Under the pieces are notes generated by a model, which worked only from the letters and a program-made list of their open reading frames with translations, was not told where the DNA came from and made no database searches. A DNA stretch of 25,878 bases from a virus (lineage: Duplodnaviria > Caudoviricetes), in the IMG/VR virus record IMGVR_UViG_3300020044_004882, positions 1 through 25,878 of that record; one strand, given 5' to 3'. Below, in pieces: positions 14,598-22,796 of this stretch (position 1 is the first letter of the stretch; each line of letters opens with the position of its first letter). A program made the translations under genes and the position numbers.

Positions 14598-15249
14598 GTG
14601 GTCACACTCAGGTCTTAAAGACTACGAAGGCTGTGCAAGACGTTTCTACGAGATCAAAGTACTTAAGAACTACCCGTTCACTGATACCGTACACACTATC
14701 TACGGCAAGGAAGTACACAAGTCAGCAGAAGAGTTCGTACTCAACGGCACACCGCTTCCACCTGAACACGCCTTCTTGCAGCCTACGCTTGATGCGCTCA
14801 TGACCAAAACCGGACGCAAGCTGCCTGAGCATGAGATGGGCGTGACTATTGATTTGCGTCCTTGTGAATTTATGTCAGAAGATGTTTGGGTAAGAGGTAT
14901 CGCTGACTTGCTTATCATTGACGATGATGGGTTGAAGGCTTGGGTGTTTGACTACAAGACAGGCAACAACAAGTACCCAGATAGAGATCAGTTGATCTTA
15001 ATGTCCCTCATGGTGTTTGTGCATTTCCCGCACATCCGTCAAGTCAACTCGGCCTTGCTCTTCGTAGTAAAAGACTCTATAGTTAAACATACGATGCTCA
15101 GAGGTGAGGCGCAGGAGCATTGGAATAGTTACCGTGAGCGTGTTGCGCGCCTTGAACAATCTCACGCAGCCAACGTATGGAACCCAACACAAACACCGCT
15201 TTGTGGGTGGTGTGCTGTTCGCAGTTGTGAGTTCAACAAAAAACACTAG
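14584..15249 (+). CDS. PD-(D/E)XK exonuclease (Cas4/RecB-like) with probable Fe-S cysteines
   Basis: WSHS, N-terminal Cys, G..VH, RGIAD, DYKTG, QL, C-terminal CGWC...C. Confidence 0.88.
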   Translation: MKAIKWSHSGLKDYEGCARRFYEIKVLKNYPFTDTVHTIYGKEVHKSAEEFVLNGTPLPPEHAFLQPTLDALMTKTGRKLPEHEMGVTIDLRPCEFMSEDVWVRGIADLLIIDDDGLKAWVFDYKTGNNKYPDRDQLILMSLMVFVHFPHIRQVNSALLFVVKDSIVKHTMLRGEAQEHWNSYRERVARLEQSHAANVWNPTQTPLCGWCAVRSCEFNKKH

Positions 15250-15260
15250 TCTCGGTCATC
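15249..15260 (+). repeat. dispersed 12-mer GTCTCGGTCATC copy
   Basis: Overlaps the nuclease stop codon, starts 30 nt before ATG 15279. Confidence 0.85.
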
Positions 15261-15278
15261 ATCTCTTCTGGAGCCCTT

Positions 15279-15545
15279 ATGCCTTACGTTAACAAGCCAA
15301 GACCTTACGCCAAAGAATACGAACAGTATGATGGTACGGAAGCAGTAAAAAAGAAACGTGCACAACGCAACAAAGCACGGCGTATGCTTACAAGAGAAGG
15401 TGTTGTAAACAAGGGTGACGGTAAAGACGTTGACCATAAGATACCGCTAAGCAAAGGCGGTACGTCAACAAGAAGCAACCTACGCGCTGTACCGGCAAGC
15501 AAGAACAGATCAGTCAAACGTAATAAGGACAGTAGTCTGAAGTGA
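15279..15545 (+). CDS. HNH endonuclease
   Basis: DVDHKIPLSKGG...SNLR...NRS; GGAG RBS. Confidence 0.85.
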   Translation: MPYVNKPRPYAKEYEQYDGTEAVKKKRAQRNKARRMLTREGVVNKGDGKDVDHKIPLSKGGTSTRSNLRAVPASKNRSVKRNKDSSLK

Positions 15546-15568
15546 ACATCCACCACCAAGGAAACGAC

Positions 15569-15895
15569 ATGAGCATACCAAACCCAGAACCGGTGACGGG
15601 AGAATACCTCCTTTCGCACGAACAGTCGGTAGCAATTAGTCAACGCGCTTTGTTAGAAGCGCGTACGATGAAAGCAAGGCAAGAAGAAAACCTACACGAC
15701 CCCGCATGGCAAGCATCCATAACGACGCTAGAGAACGCATGGCTTGCCAAGTTTGGCAACGAGTGGGTAGATGGCGCGTTGCTCGTTAACGATGGTTTCT
15801 TTTCAGTCGCAGCGGAACGTCTTGTACCCGCAAATAAACTTGAGCGGCATCTACTAATGTCGCGTGATTACCCTGTGTATCGTATTGTGGAGTGA
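15569..15895 (+). CDS. hypothetical phage protein
   Basis: AAGGA RBS before ATG 15569. Confidence 0.75.
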   Translation: MSIPNPEPVTGEYLLSHEQSVAISQRALLEARTMKARQEENLHDPAWQASITTLENAWLAKFGNEWVDGALLVNDGFFSVAAERLVPANKLERHLLMSRDYPVYRIVE

Positions 15896-15897
15896 CT

Positions 15898-16248
15898 ATG
15901 GCTATCGCTCGCGTGAATCTAGTAAACGAGGTACTCCCCGAACTGAATAAGCTGTTTAACGCTGTGTACGAGGACAACGTTTTTATGCGAATTAAACATT
16001 CTATTGTTAAAGACAGTCCCCACGCTGACACAGTTGTTTCAACATCGACAGAAACATTACGCGAAATTTGGCAACTACGGTTTGGCGATGCGCTTACCTT
16101 ACAGACAATAGGCGACACAGACGACTTCGTTAAAGGCAGTTTTTATCTTGCGGTGTATGGCGAGTTACGAGACAGAAAGCAAATAAGCTACAACGAAAAG
16201 TTGGAAGTTTTTGTATTGAACGAAGAGAAAAACAATGCAGATCATTGA
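15898..16248 (+). CDS. hypothetical phage protein
   Basis: GGAG RBS before ATG 15898; overlaps the helicase start. Confidence 0.7.
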   Translation: MAIARVNLVNEVLPELNKLFNAVYEDNVFMRIKHSIVKDSPHADTVVSTSTETLREIWQLRFGDALTLQTIGDTDDFVKGSFYLAVYGELRDRKQISYNEKLEVFVLNEEKNNADH

Positions 16249-17791
16249 AGACAGAGCAGTAGTATTTAAGACGCGCTCACCAGACAAGTACGGAGTAATA
16301 CCCAAGAGTAAAATAATCGCCGAGAACAACGGCGTGTACGAGATGGCGGTGTACTGGGGTATTGACGAAGCGCGGGTGCTGCGCAACCTAGGTGTGAAAG
16401 GTATTCAATCTCCGATCATCTCGCGCTACAACTGGCCGGGGAAGCACAAACCGTTTGCACATCAGGTAGACACCTCGTCGTTCCTCACGCTCAACCGCAG
16501 AGCCTTCGTGTTTAACGACCCCGGCACAGGCAAAACTATGTCCGCGCTATGGGCGGCTGACTACTTGATGTCGCTTAAGAAGGTGCGCCGCTGTCTCGTG
16601 CTGTGTCCGTTGTCTATCATGCACGATGCTTGGATGAGCGGTATTGCCAAGAGCGTGATTCACAGGTCTGCTATTGCAGCGCACCATCCTCAAGCTGCTC
16701 GACGTATTGAGATGGTGCAGGGTGACTACGAGTTTGTGATCGTGAACTATGACGGGCTGAACCTTATCGCCGACGAGATTGTCAACGATGGGCGGTTTGA
16801 TCTAGTCATTGTGGACGAAGCCAACGCGTACAAGAACGTGTCAACAAAGAGATGGAAGACGCTTAACAAGGTGCTCAAGCCAGAGACGTTACTCTGGATG
16901 ATGACGGGCACTCCTGCCTCGCAGTCACCGCTTGATGCGTACGGCTTGGCTAAGCTAGTCAACCCCGTCAAGGTACCGAAGTTCGCCACAGCTTGGCGTG
17001 ACAAGGTAATGAACAAGATCACGATGTTTAAATGGGCTCCCAAGCTTGGGTCTAGCGAACTTGTGTTTGATGCGCTGCAACCCGCTATACGCTACACCAA
17101 GGAAGAGTGTACGGACTTACCACCTGTTCTTACAGAGACGCGCGACATCCCTCTGACTCCACAACAAGTTAAGTACTACCGACTGCTCAAGGAACAGATG
17201 CTAGTTACTGCTGCTGGTGAGACAATTACGGCAGTCAACGCAGCGGCAAGCGTCAACAAGTTGCTACAAATATCGGCAGGGGCGGCGTATACCGATGGGC
17301 ACGAGGTGGTTGAGTTTGATTGTGCGCCAAGGCTTAACGTGTTGCTAGAAGTACTGGAAGAGACTAGTCGTAAGGTCATAGTGTTCGCGCCATTTCGGCA
17401 CAGCATAGATGCAATACAAAACTTTCTTGAGAAAAATCATATACCTAGCGAGGTAATCCATGGCGATATAAGTGTTGCTAAACGTACTAACATATTTAAA
17501 AGATTTCAAGAAACCCCTGAACCGCGCGTTCTTGTCATACAGCCTCAAGCAGCATCACACGGTGTCACGCTTACCGCAGCAGATACGGTTGTGTTTTACG
17601 GCCCTGTTATGTCTGTAGAAACGTATGTACAATGTATCGCTCGTTCGGATCGTATCGGACAAGATTCTACAAAAGTAACGGTTATCCACTTGCAGGGCAG
17701 CGACATCGAGCGTAAGATGTTTAAGCGTCTCGAAGAGCGTGTGGTTGACCATAACATGCTGCTCAAGTTGTACGAAGAAGTAGTAAAGTAA
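16235..17791 (+). CDS. SNF2-like superfamily 2 helicase
   Basis: HQ Q-motif, DPGTGKT, VLCP, VIVDEAN, MTGTP, HGVTLT, QCIARSDRIGQ. Confidence 0.93.
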   Translation: MQIIEDRAVVFKTRSPDKYGVIPKSKIIAENNGVYEMAVYWGIDEARVLRNLGVKGIQSPIISRYNWPGKHKPFAHQVDTSSFLTLNRRAFVFNDPGTGKTMSALWAADYLMSLKKVRRCLVLCPLSIMHDAWMSGIAKSVIHRSAIAAHHPQAARRIEMVQGDYEFVIVNYDGLNLIADEIVNDGRFDLVIVDEANAYKNVSTKRWKTLNKVLKPETLLWMMTGTPASQSPLDAYGLAKLVNPVKVPKFATAWRDKVMNKITMFKWAPKLGSSELVFDALQPAIRYTKEECTDLPPVLTETRDIPLTPQQVKYYRLLKEQMLVTAAGETITAVNAAASVNKLLQISAGAAYTDGHEVVEFDCAPRLNVLLEVLEETSRKVIVFAPFRHSIDAIQNFLEKNHIPSEVIHGDISVAKRTNIFKRFQETPEPRVLVIQPQAASHGVTLTAADTVVFYGPVMSVETYVQCIARSDRIGQDSTKVTVIHLQGSDIERKMFKRLEERVVDHNMLLKLYEEVVK

Positions 17792-17811
17792 AAATAAAAC
17801 CCATGTTTGGG

Positions 17812-17848
17812 TTGCATACCCACCTTTATTGCTGTAAAGTATTTGACA
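17812..17848 (+). promoter_or_regulatory. sigma70-like promoter with overlapping imperfect palindrome
   Basis: TTGCAT (17812-17817), 17 nt, TAAAGT (17835-17840); TGTAAA-gtat-TTGACA at 17833-17848. Confidence 0.5.
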
Positions 17849-17865
17849 CACCAAGGAGATTTAAA

Positions 17866-18279
17866 ATGTCAGATCAAGAAACCGAAGTAGTTCCGCTCGA
17901 TAAGCTAGCTCGTGTATACAGAAAGATTCGTGACAAGATTCAAGTCATGACGAAGGACTACGAGTCAGCGGTTGAGGAGTTAAAAGCTCAACAGAACGAA
18001 ATCAAGAATGCGATGAAAGACCAAATGCTTTCTCTTGGTAGTTCGTCCATCAAGACACCAGAGGGCACACTTATTCTGTCCCAGAAGGTACGCTACTACA
18101 CAGACGATTGGGATTCGTTCAAGACTTTTGTTATTGAACACGATGCCCTTGACCTCTTTGAGAAGCGTATCCATCAGACGAACATGGTTACGTTCCTCGG
18201 TGAAAACCCCGGCGTTGTGCCCGCAGGGTTAAACAGTATGACGGAGTACGATGTCTCCGTTCGCAAGCCAACTAAGTAA
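17866..18279 (+). CDS. conserved phage replication-module protein (coiled coil plus DWDSF motif)
   Basis: AAGGAG RBS before ATG 17866; KTPEGT, DWDSF, LFEKRI, PAGL. Confidence 0.8.
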   Translation: MSDQETEVVPLDKLARVYRKIRDKIQVMTKDYESAVEELKAQQNEIKNAMKDQMLSLGSSSIKTPEGTLILSQKVRYYTDDWDSFKTFVIEHDALDLFEKRIHQTNMVTFLGENPGVVPAGLNSMTEYDVSVRKPTK

Positions 18280-18305
18280 ACCACTTCCATTTCAAGGAAA
18301 ATAAA

Positions 18306-19232
18306 ATGAGTAACATCACAACATTTAATCCCACTCAAACCCCCTCTTTCGCTCGTACAGGTGAACTATCCGCAATTGCTAAATCACTTGCAGGCGGTGG
18401 TGCAGGCAGCAACACCAAGCGTATCTCTATCAAGGGCGGTGTGTTCCGCCTGATCGCCGGCGGTAAAGAAGTAGCTTCTATTGATGATCGCCACCTCGAC
18501 GTGGTTATTGTTAACGCAGCGCCTAAAGTCAGTCGCACGTTCTACGCCGGTCAGTTTATTGAGGGCGAAGCGAAAGCACCGGACTGTTGGTCTGCTAACG
18601 GTGATACACCAGATGCAAGTATCGAGAGCCCACAGGCACCCTCATGTGCATCGTGCCCCCAGAACATCAAGGGCTCAGGTCAAGGCGACAGCCGTGCTTG
18701 TCGTTACTCACAACGTCTTGCAGTAGTGTTAGCAAACGATGTAGACGGCGGTGACGTTATGCAGCTCACACTTGCTGCTACATCTATCTTCGGTAAAGCT
18801 GAAGGCGATGACAAGCGCCCACTCCAAGAGTACGCCCGTTACTTGGCAGCGCAAAACATCAGCCCCGAGATGGTGGTCACACGCTTGCGCTTTGATACTA
18901 AAGCCGCTGTGCCCAAGCTGTTCTTCCAACCCGCACGTTGGCTCGATGATACCGAGTACGCTGTTGCTCTGGAGAAGGGTCAGACCGAGGAAGCCAAGCG
19001 CGCTGTCACTATGTCGGTTTCACAAACAGATAGCGTCAAGCCCGTTCAGATTGAAGGCAAGCGCCCTGCACCAAAGCCCGCGCCTGTGGTAGAGGACGAG
19101 GTTGTTGAAGCAGTTGTCGAGGAAATCGAAGAACCCGCCAAGCGTAAGGCAGCGGCTAAGCCTACATCTATCCCGAAGAAATCGGGTAGCTTGGCTTCTG
19201 TTGTTGCTGACTGGGACGCTGACGACGAGTAA
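18306..19232 (+). CDS. putative single-stranded DNA-binding protein
   Basis: Replication-module position; RISIKGG.F, PDCWS, CASCP, RACR; Pro/Glu/Lys-rich linker and acidic tail DWDADDE. Confidence 0.6.
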   Translation: MSNITTFNPTQTPSFARTGELSAIAKSLAGGGAGSNTKRISIKGGVFRLIAGGKEVASIDDRHLDVVIVNAAPKVSRTFYAGQFIEGEAKAPDCWSANGDTPDASIESPQAPSCASCPQNIKGSGQGDSRACRYSQRLAVVLANDVDGGDVMQLTLAATSIFGKAEGDDKRPLQEYARYLAAQNISPEMVVTRLRFDTKAAVPKLFFQPARWLDDTEYAVALEKGQTEEAKRAVTMSVSQTDSVKPVQIEGKRPAPKPAPVVEDEVVEAVVEEIEEPAKRKAAAKPTSIPKKSGSLASVVADWDADDE

Positions 19233-19237
19233 AGCCT

Positions 19238-19267
19238 TGGGGGAAAGCAGCTTCTGTAAGTACCCCA
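19238..19267 (+). ncRNA. candidate structured RNA hairpin with a bulged-G (sarcin-ricin/loop E) internal loop
   Basis: UGGGG-GAA-A-GCAG-cuu-CUGU-A-AGUA-CCCCA, intergenic. Confidence 0.4.
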
Positions 19268-19286
19268 TAACCACAACGGAACTACC

Positions 19287-19553
19287 ATGCGATATTCAGA
19301 TGCAGTACGAACAGCTGTGGCACAAGCACCGAAGACAATGGGCAATCAGCTAGGACGATGGGCGATTCATTTAGACTTCCCTGTCACGTCGATTGCTCGT
19401 TACACAGGCGCTACGCGCCAGACGGTATACAACTGGTTTAGCGGTAAGGAGGTCACGAACGCATACAAAGAGCGCGTGAAATCAATGCTAAACATCTTAC
19501 AAACAAGCAGTACTATCGAAGAGGCGCTTAAAAAATGCAACCAACTAATGTAG
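19287..19553 (+). CDS. Cro/CI-type HTH protein
   Basis: VTSIARYTGATRQTVYNWFSG HTH. Confidence 0.8.
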   Translation: MRYSDAVRTAVAQAPKTMGNQLGRWAIHLDFPVTSIARYTGATRQTVYNWFSGKEVTNAYKERVKSMLNILQTSSTIEEALKKCNQLM

Positions 19554-19693
19554 AGATTCCCACCAGACCAAGCGCGCTAACTGATAGAGAGTTAATACGT
19601 CTTGCCGATAGTTACATCCTGACTAATAAAGGTTTGCCCCTTGAGTGGCAACAGGAATTGATTGAGAGATTGGCCGCTGCGGTTGAGAAGTAA
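19535..19693 (+). CDS. small hypothetical protein (52 aa)
   Basis: GAGG RBS; MQPTNVEIPTRPSALTDRELIRLA...ERLAAAVEK*. Not in the ORF track. Confidence 0.65.
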   Translation: MQPTNVEIPTRPSALTDRELIRLADSYILTNKGLPLEWQQELIERLAAAVEK

Positions 19694-19708
19694 CCCAAGG
19701 AGAAGTTT

Positions 19709-22618
19709 ATGATGTCGCAGGAATTCCTAGCGACTGTGCTCCCTTCTGCGGGAAACTTCTGCGCGGTTGAGTTGAGTACAGCCAAGAAAGAACACGTCTT
19801 TACAAAGACGGTTGAAGAAGCTTATGACGCCGCCATGGCGTTTAATGAAAAGGGGTTAGATGCGTACTTTGCGTTGGCTACATTCGGTGCGGCTAAAGAA
19901 CGTGTTGCTAAGAATGCTCTCAAGATTAAATCGCTTTTTCTCGACATAGATTGTAACGGGGTAAAGGGCGACAAAGAATACGCCTCGAAAGCCGAAGGCG
20001 CTGCCGCACTTGACGCTTTTCTTTTAGAGACATCTCTCGCTGACCTTGGTAATCCTTGGATCGTGTCGAGCGGTGGGGGTCTGCATGTCTACTGGCCGTT
20101 CAACGAAGAAGTTGATATTGACGTATGGAAACCTGTTGCAGAGAACTTAAAGCGCCTGTGCAAGAAGCATGGGTTCAAGATCGACCACAGCGTGACTGCC
20201 GATGCGTCCCGTATTCTGCGCGTACCTGACACCAACAACTACAAAAAGGACAAGCCTCGCCGTGTGAAGATTATGGTCAAGGCTAACCCTGACAGCTTTG
20301 ATTTTGACGAACTCGCCGCAGCACTACGCTCGAACCTTGGCGAAGAAGCGATTACTGCCCCTGTACCTAGTATGAATCTACCGGGCACTCGACCAACCGC
20401 ACCTGCGGAAAAGTCAGCCAACACCGTCAAGCTAGTAGAGAACTCAGTCAGTTTCTTTCGCAACATCGAGGCAGCAACCGCCGCCGGTGTAGGGTGCGGA
20501 CAACTCGCATACTACAAAGAACACGCCACCGAAGACGGTATGGAGCCTCTGTGGTTTGCCTTAATATCTTTGGCTAAGAAGTGTGAAGATGGTTACGAGC
20601 GCGCTAAAGCCCTCGGTGACATGCACCCGTACGATGCTGATCGCCTCAATAGTAAGTGGAATCATACGAAAGGGCCTACTCCTTGCATCAAGTTCGACAG
20701 TATCAACCCCAGCGTTTGTGATAAATGTCCGCACCTAGGCAAGATTACCAACCCCCTGCACTTCAGTCGCGAGATCAAGACCAATACAGAAGCCGCTGAG
20801 CTAGTCCTTACCAAAGAGATCAGCGAAGATGTGGTTGAGCAGATCACGCTAGTCAAGCCTGTACCGCCAAAAGGATTCAGCTACGGCGACAAGGGCGGTG
20901 TGTTCGTTAGCAAAGTGATAGAGGACTCGGACGGATCGAAAGCGCCAACGCAGGTTATGGTGCTGAGCTACGACTTGTTTGTGGTGGACATCTTGCACAG
21001 CGAGAACGAGCACTTAGTGCATATGGTGGCTCTGCGAGGAGGCGCGCCTGTCGATATTATATTTCCACAGAAAGCAATTATTAGTAAGGACGAGACGCTT
21101 AAGCACTTGGCTTCACAAAATATTGTTGCCGCGTTCGGCGCGGGCAATGACAAAAACTTGTTTGATTACGTGCGGGCGTGTGTAGAGTATTCAAGCGCCA
21201 ACCGCAGCACAGTTGAGGTTCCGACAAGCTACGGATGGCAACCAGACAAGTCACTAGTCTACGCCAATCACATCTACTACCCCAACGGCACCAAGCGATT
21301 TGTGCCAATGCCCGGACTTGCCAACATCAACAACTTCTGCGGACAGAAGGGTACGATTGAAGAGTGGCGGCGCATTATCGACATGGTTGTGGCAAGAAAG
21401 GTCTGGGATATTCTGACCATGGGTCTAGTCGGCCCTGCCTCGCTGCTCATGGAGTTTACGGGCTTCTCTGGTATGACGTACCACATGGGTTCCACCGAGT
21501 CTGGTACAGGTAAGAGTCTTGCACAACTTATTGCAGCAAGCTTCTTTGCGCACCCAATCAAGTATCGTGTGACGCAGAGCACGTCTGCGGTGGCTATCCA
21601 ACAGCGCTCGGGTATGCTCAGGAACTTCGCCGTTATCACGGACGAGGTGACATCCAAGAGCCGTAAAGACTTCGAGTGGTTGCCTGAGTATCTTCTCGAC
21701 AAGTCTCAGGGTAAGGGCAAGGATCGTATGGAGTCTGGCGCGAACAAAGAGCGCGTCAACACGACCGAGTGGAACAACATGGACTTGCTGTCGTCCAACA
21801 CCCACGTCCTAGATTATCTTAGTGGCGCGCGATCACATTCCTCACAAGCTGAAATTCTGCGTATTCTTGAGCTCAAGCTTACAGAGACTCTGGAACTAGA
21901 CGATGACGAAGTGTCTTGCATTGAGACGGTAAAAACCAACTACGGTATATCTGGTGACAAGCTTGTACGGTGGCTTGTACAGAACCGTGAGACAGCAATA
22001 CAGGTGCTCAAGCAATCTCACGCTGCCCTGAAAAAGGAATTCAAGAGCACTAACGACGAGCGTTACTGGTCAGCGGGTAACAGTTGTATTCTTGCTATCG
22101 CCATCTTGCTCGGTAAGAATCACGCCGACATAGTGGATTTGCCGATTCAACCAATCATCGAGTCGCTGCGCAAACTAGTCATCAATGGGCGCACAGCGCT
22201 ACGAGGCAGCAAGCGTTCTGCCGAAGATGTTTTGAACGCATACACACGCGAAAACTACGGCAAGTTTATCGTTATTAAAATAATCGACGGGGTTCACGAG
22301 GCTACGCTAGGGGGCGATGGAACGATCGACCAATCTCTGACACGCACTATGATTGCAGGGCGCGTAGAACACGGCGTAACACTTAATCATATCGACTACT
22401 ACATCGAAGAAAGCCAACTTAAGCATCACTGCTCAGCGATGAGCTACGGCTATTCCGACTTAGTAGATAAACTCAAGACCATGCCGCACTACAAGATAAG
22501 CTTTAAAAAGAAGAACATGCTTGCCAAGACGCGAGGCCCAGAGATGCGTATGAATGTGATCTGTATTTCTTGTCCGATACACGAGCAGGACGGCGCGGAA
22601 GATGGCGCGGAGAGTTAA
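19709..22618 (+). CDS. AEP-type primase fused to a DUF927-like helicase
   Basis: LFLDID, SSGGGLHVYW, DASRILRVP (AEP motifs); C..F...CDKC Zn site; YGWQ; Walker A ESGTGKS, Walker B ITDE. Confidence 0.85.
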   Translation: MMSQEFLATVLPSAGNFCAVELSTAKKEHVFTKTVEEAYDAAMAFNEKGLDAYFALATFGAAKERVAKNALKIKSLFLDIDCNGVKGDKEYASKAEGAAALDAFLLETSLADLGNPWIVSSGGGLHVYWPFNEEVDIDVWKPVAENLKRLCKKHGFKIDHSVTADASRILRVPDTNNYKKDKPRRVKIMVKANPDSFDFDELAAALRSNLGEEAITAPVPSMNLPGTRPTAPAEKSANTVKLVENSVSFFRNIEAATAAGVGCGQLAYYKEHATEDGMEPLWFALISLAKKCEDGYERAKALGDMHPYDADRLNSKWNHTKGPTPCIKFDSINPSVCDKCPHLGKITNPLHFSREIKTNTEAAELVLTKEISEDVVEQITLVKPVPPKGFSYGDKGGVFVSKVIEDSDGSKAPTQVMVLSYDLFVVDILHSENEHLVHMVALRGGAPVDIIFPQKAIISKDETLKHLASQNIVAAFGAGNDKNLFDYVRACVEYSSANRSTVEVPTSYGWQPDKSLVYANHIYYPNGTKRFVPMPGLANINNFCGQKGTIEEWRRIIDMVVARKVWDILTMGLVGPASLLMEFTGFSGMTYHMGSTESGTGKSLAQLIAASFFAHPIKYRVTQSTSAVAIQQRSGMLRNFAVITDEVTSKSRKDFEWLPEYLLDKSQGKGKDRMESGANKERVNTTEWNNMDLLSSNTHVLDYLSGARSHSSQAEILRILELKLTETLELDDDEVSCIETVKTNYGISGDKLVRWLVQNRETAIQVLKQSHAALKKEFKSTNDERYWSAGNSCILAIAILLGKNHADIVDLPIQPIIESLRKLVINGRTALRGSKRSAEDVLNAYTRENYGKFIVIKIIDGVHEATLGGDGTIDQSLTRTMIAGRVEHGVTLNHIDYYIEESQLKHHCSAMSYGYSDLVDKLKTMPHYKISFKKKNMLAKTRGPEMRMNVICISCPIHEQDGAEDGAES

Positions 22619-22796
22619 GGTGCACTACCCTTGGAAGAAAACCCCCGTAGGTGGGGGTTTTTTCGTTCCGACTCTGAACCTAGAGCAAACACGCGAGGAC
22701 GGGCTACGCGCTGCTGTCTTTTACAAAATGAAAGGAAGAACCGAGTACATTGTAAAAGACAAGCGCTTGGGGGTCTGGTTTACTCGCGTGATATAG
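22602..22796 (+). CDS. small basic hypothetical protein (YPW...GFFVP)
   Basis: Overlaps the primase stop and the convergent gene's stop; YPW-x-VG-x-FFVP pattern is typical of small phage proteins. Confidence 0.6.
   Translation: MARRVKVHYPWKKTPVGGGFFVPTLNLEQTREDGLRAAVFYKMKGRTEYIVKDKRLGVWFTRVI
22638..22663. terminator. bidirectional intrinsic terminator
   Basis: AAAACCCCC-gtaggt-GGGGG-TTTTTT; T-tract on both strands; at the convergence of the two transcription blocks. Confidence 0.7.

Noticed and set aside
14584-15249. CRISPR-Cas system suggested by a Cas4-like nuclease
   Set aside because: No cas1/cas2 or array in the window; solo Cas4-like exonucleases are normal in phage replication modules.
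1631-15260. GTCTCGGTCATC as sequencing-adapter contamination
   Set aside because: It does not match the Illumina or Nextera adapter sequences I know beyond a few bases, and in-gene copies leave reading frames intact. Raw reads would settle it.
2146-17865. Longest-ORF starts at 2146, 4280, 5286, 8343, 8956, 9368, 10160, 10778, 11476, 14557, 15542 and 17803
   Set aside because: Downstream ATGs have clear SD sequences or stop-start coupling, so the starts were moved.
132-19289. Repeated GGAACTACCATG at 135, 563 and 19278 as a separate regulatory repeat
   Set aside because: It is explained adequately as a preferred SD-spacer-ATG translation start.
105-21805. Numerous short - strand and out-of-frame + strand ORFs in the track (e.g. 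337-669, 5397-5879, 12700-13221, 21277-21702)
   Set aside because: They overlap well-supported genes, lack RBSs or motifs, and are expected shadows of biased codon usage.
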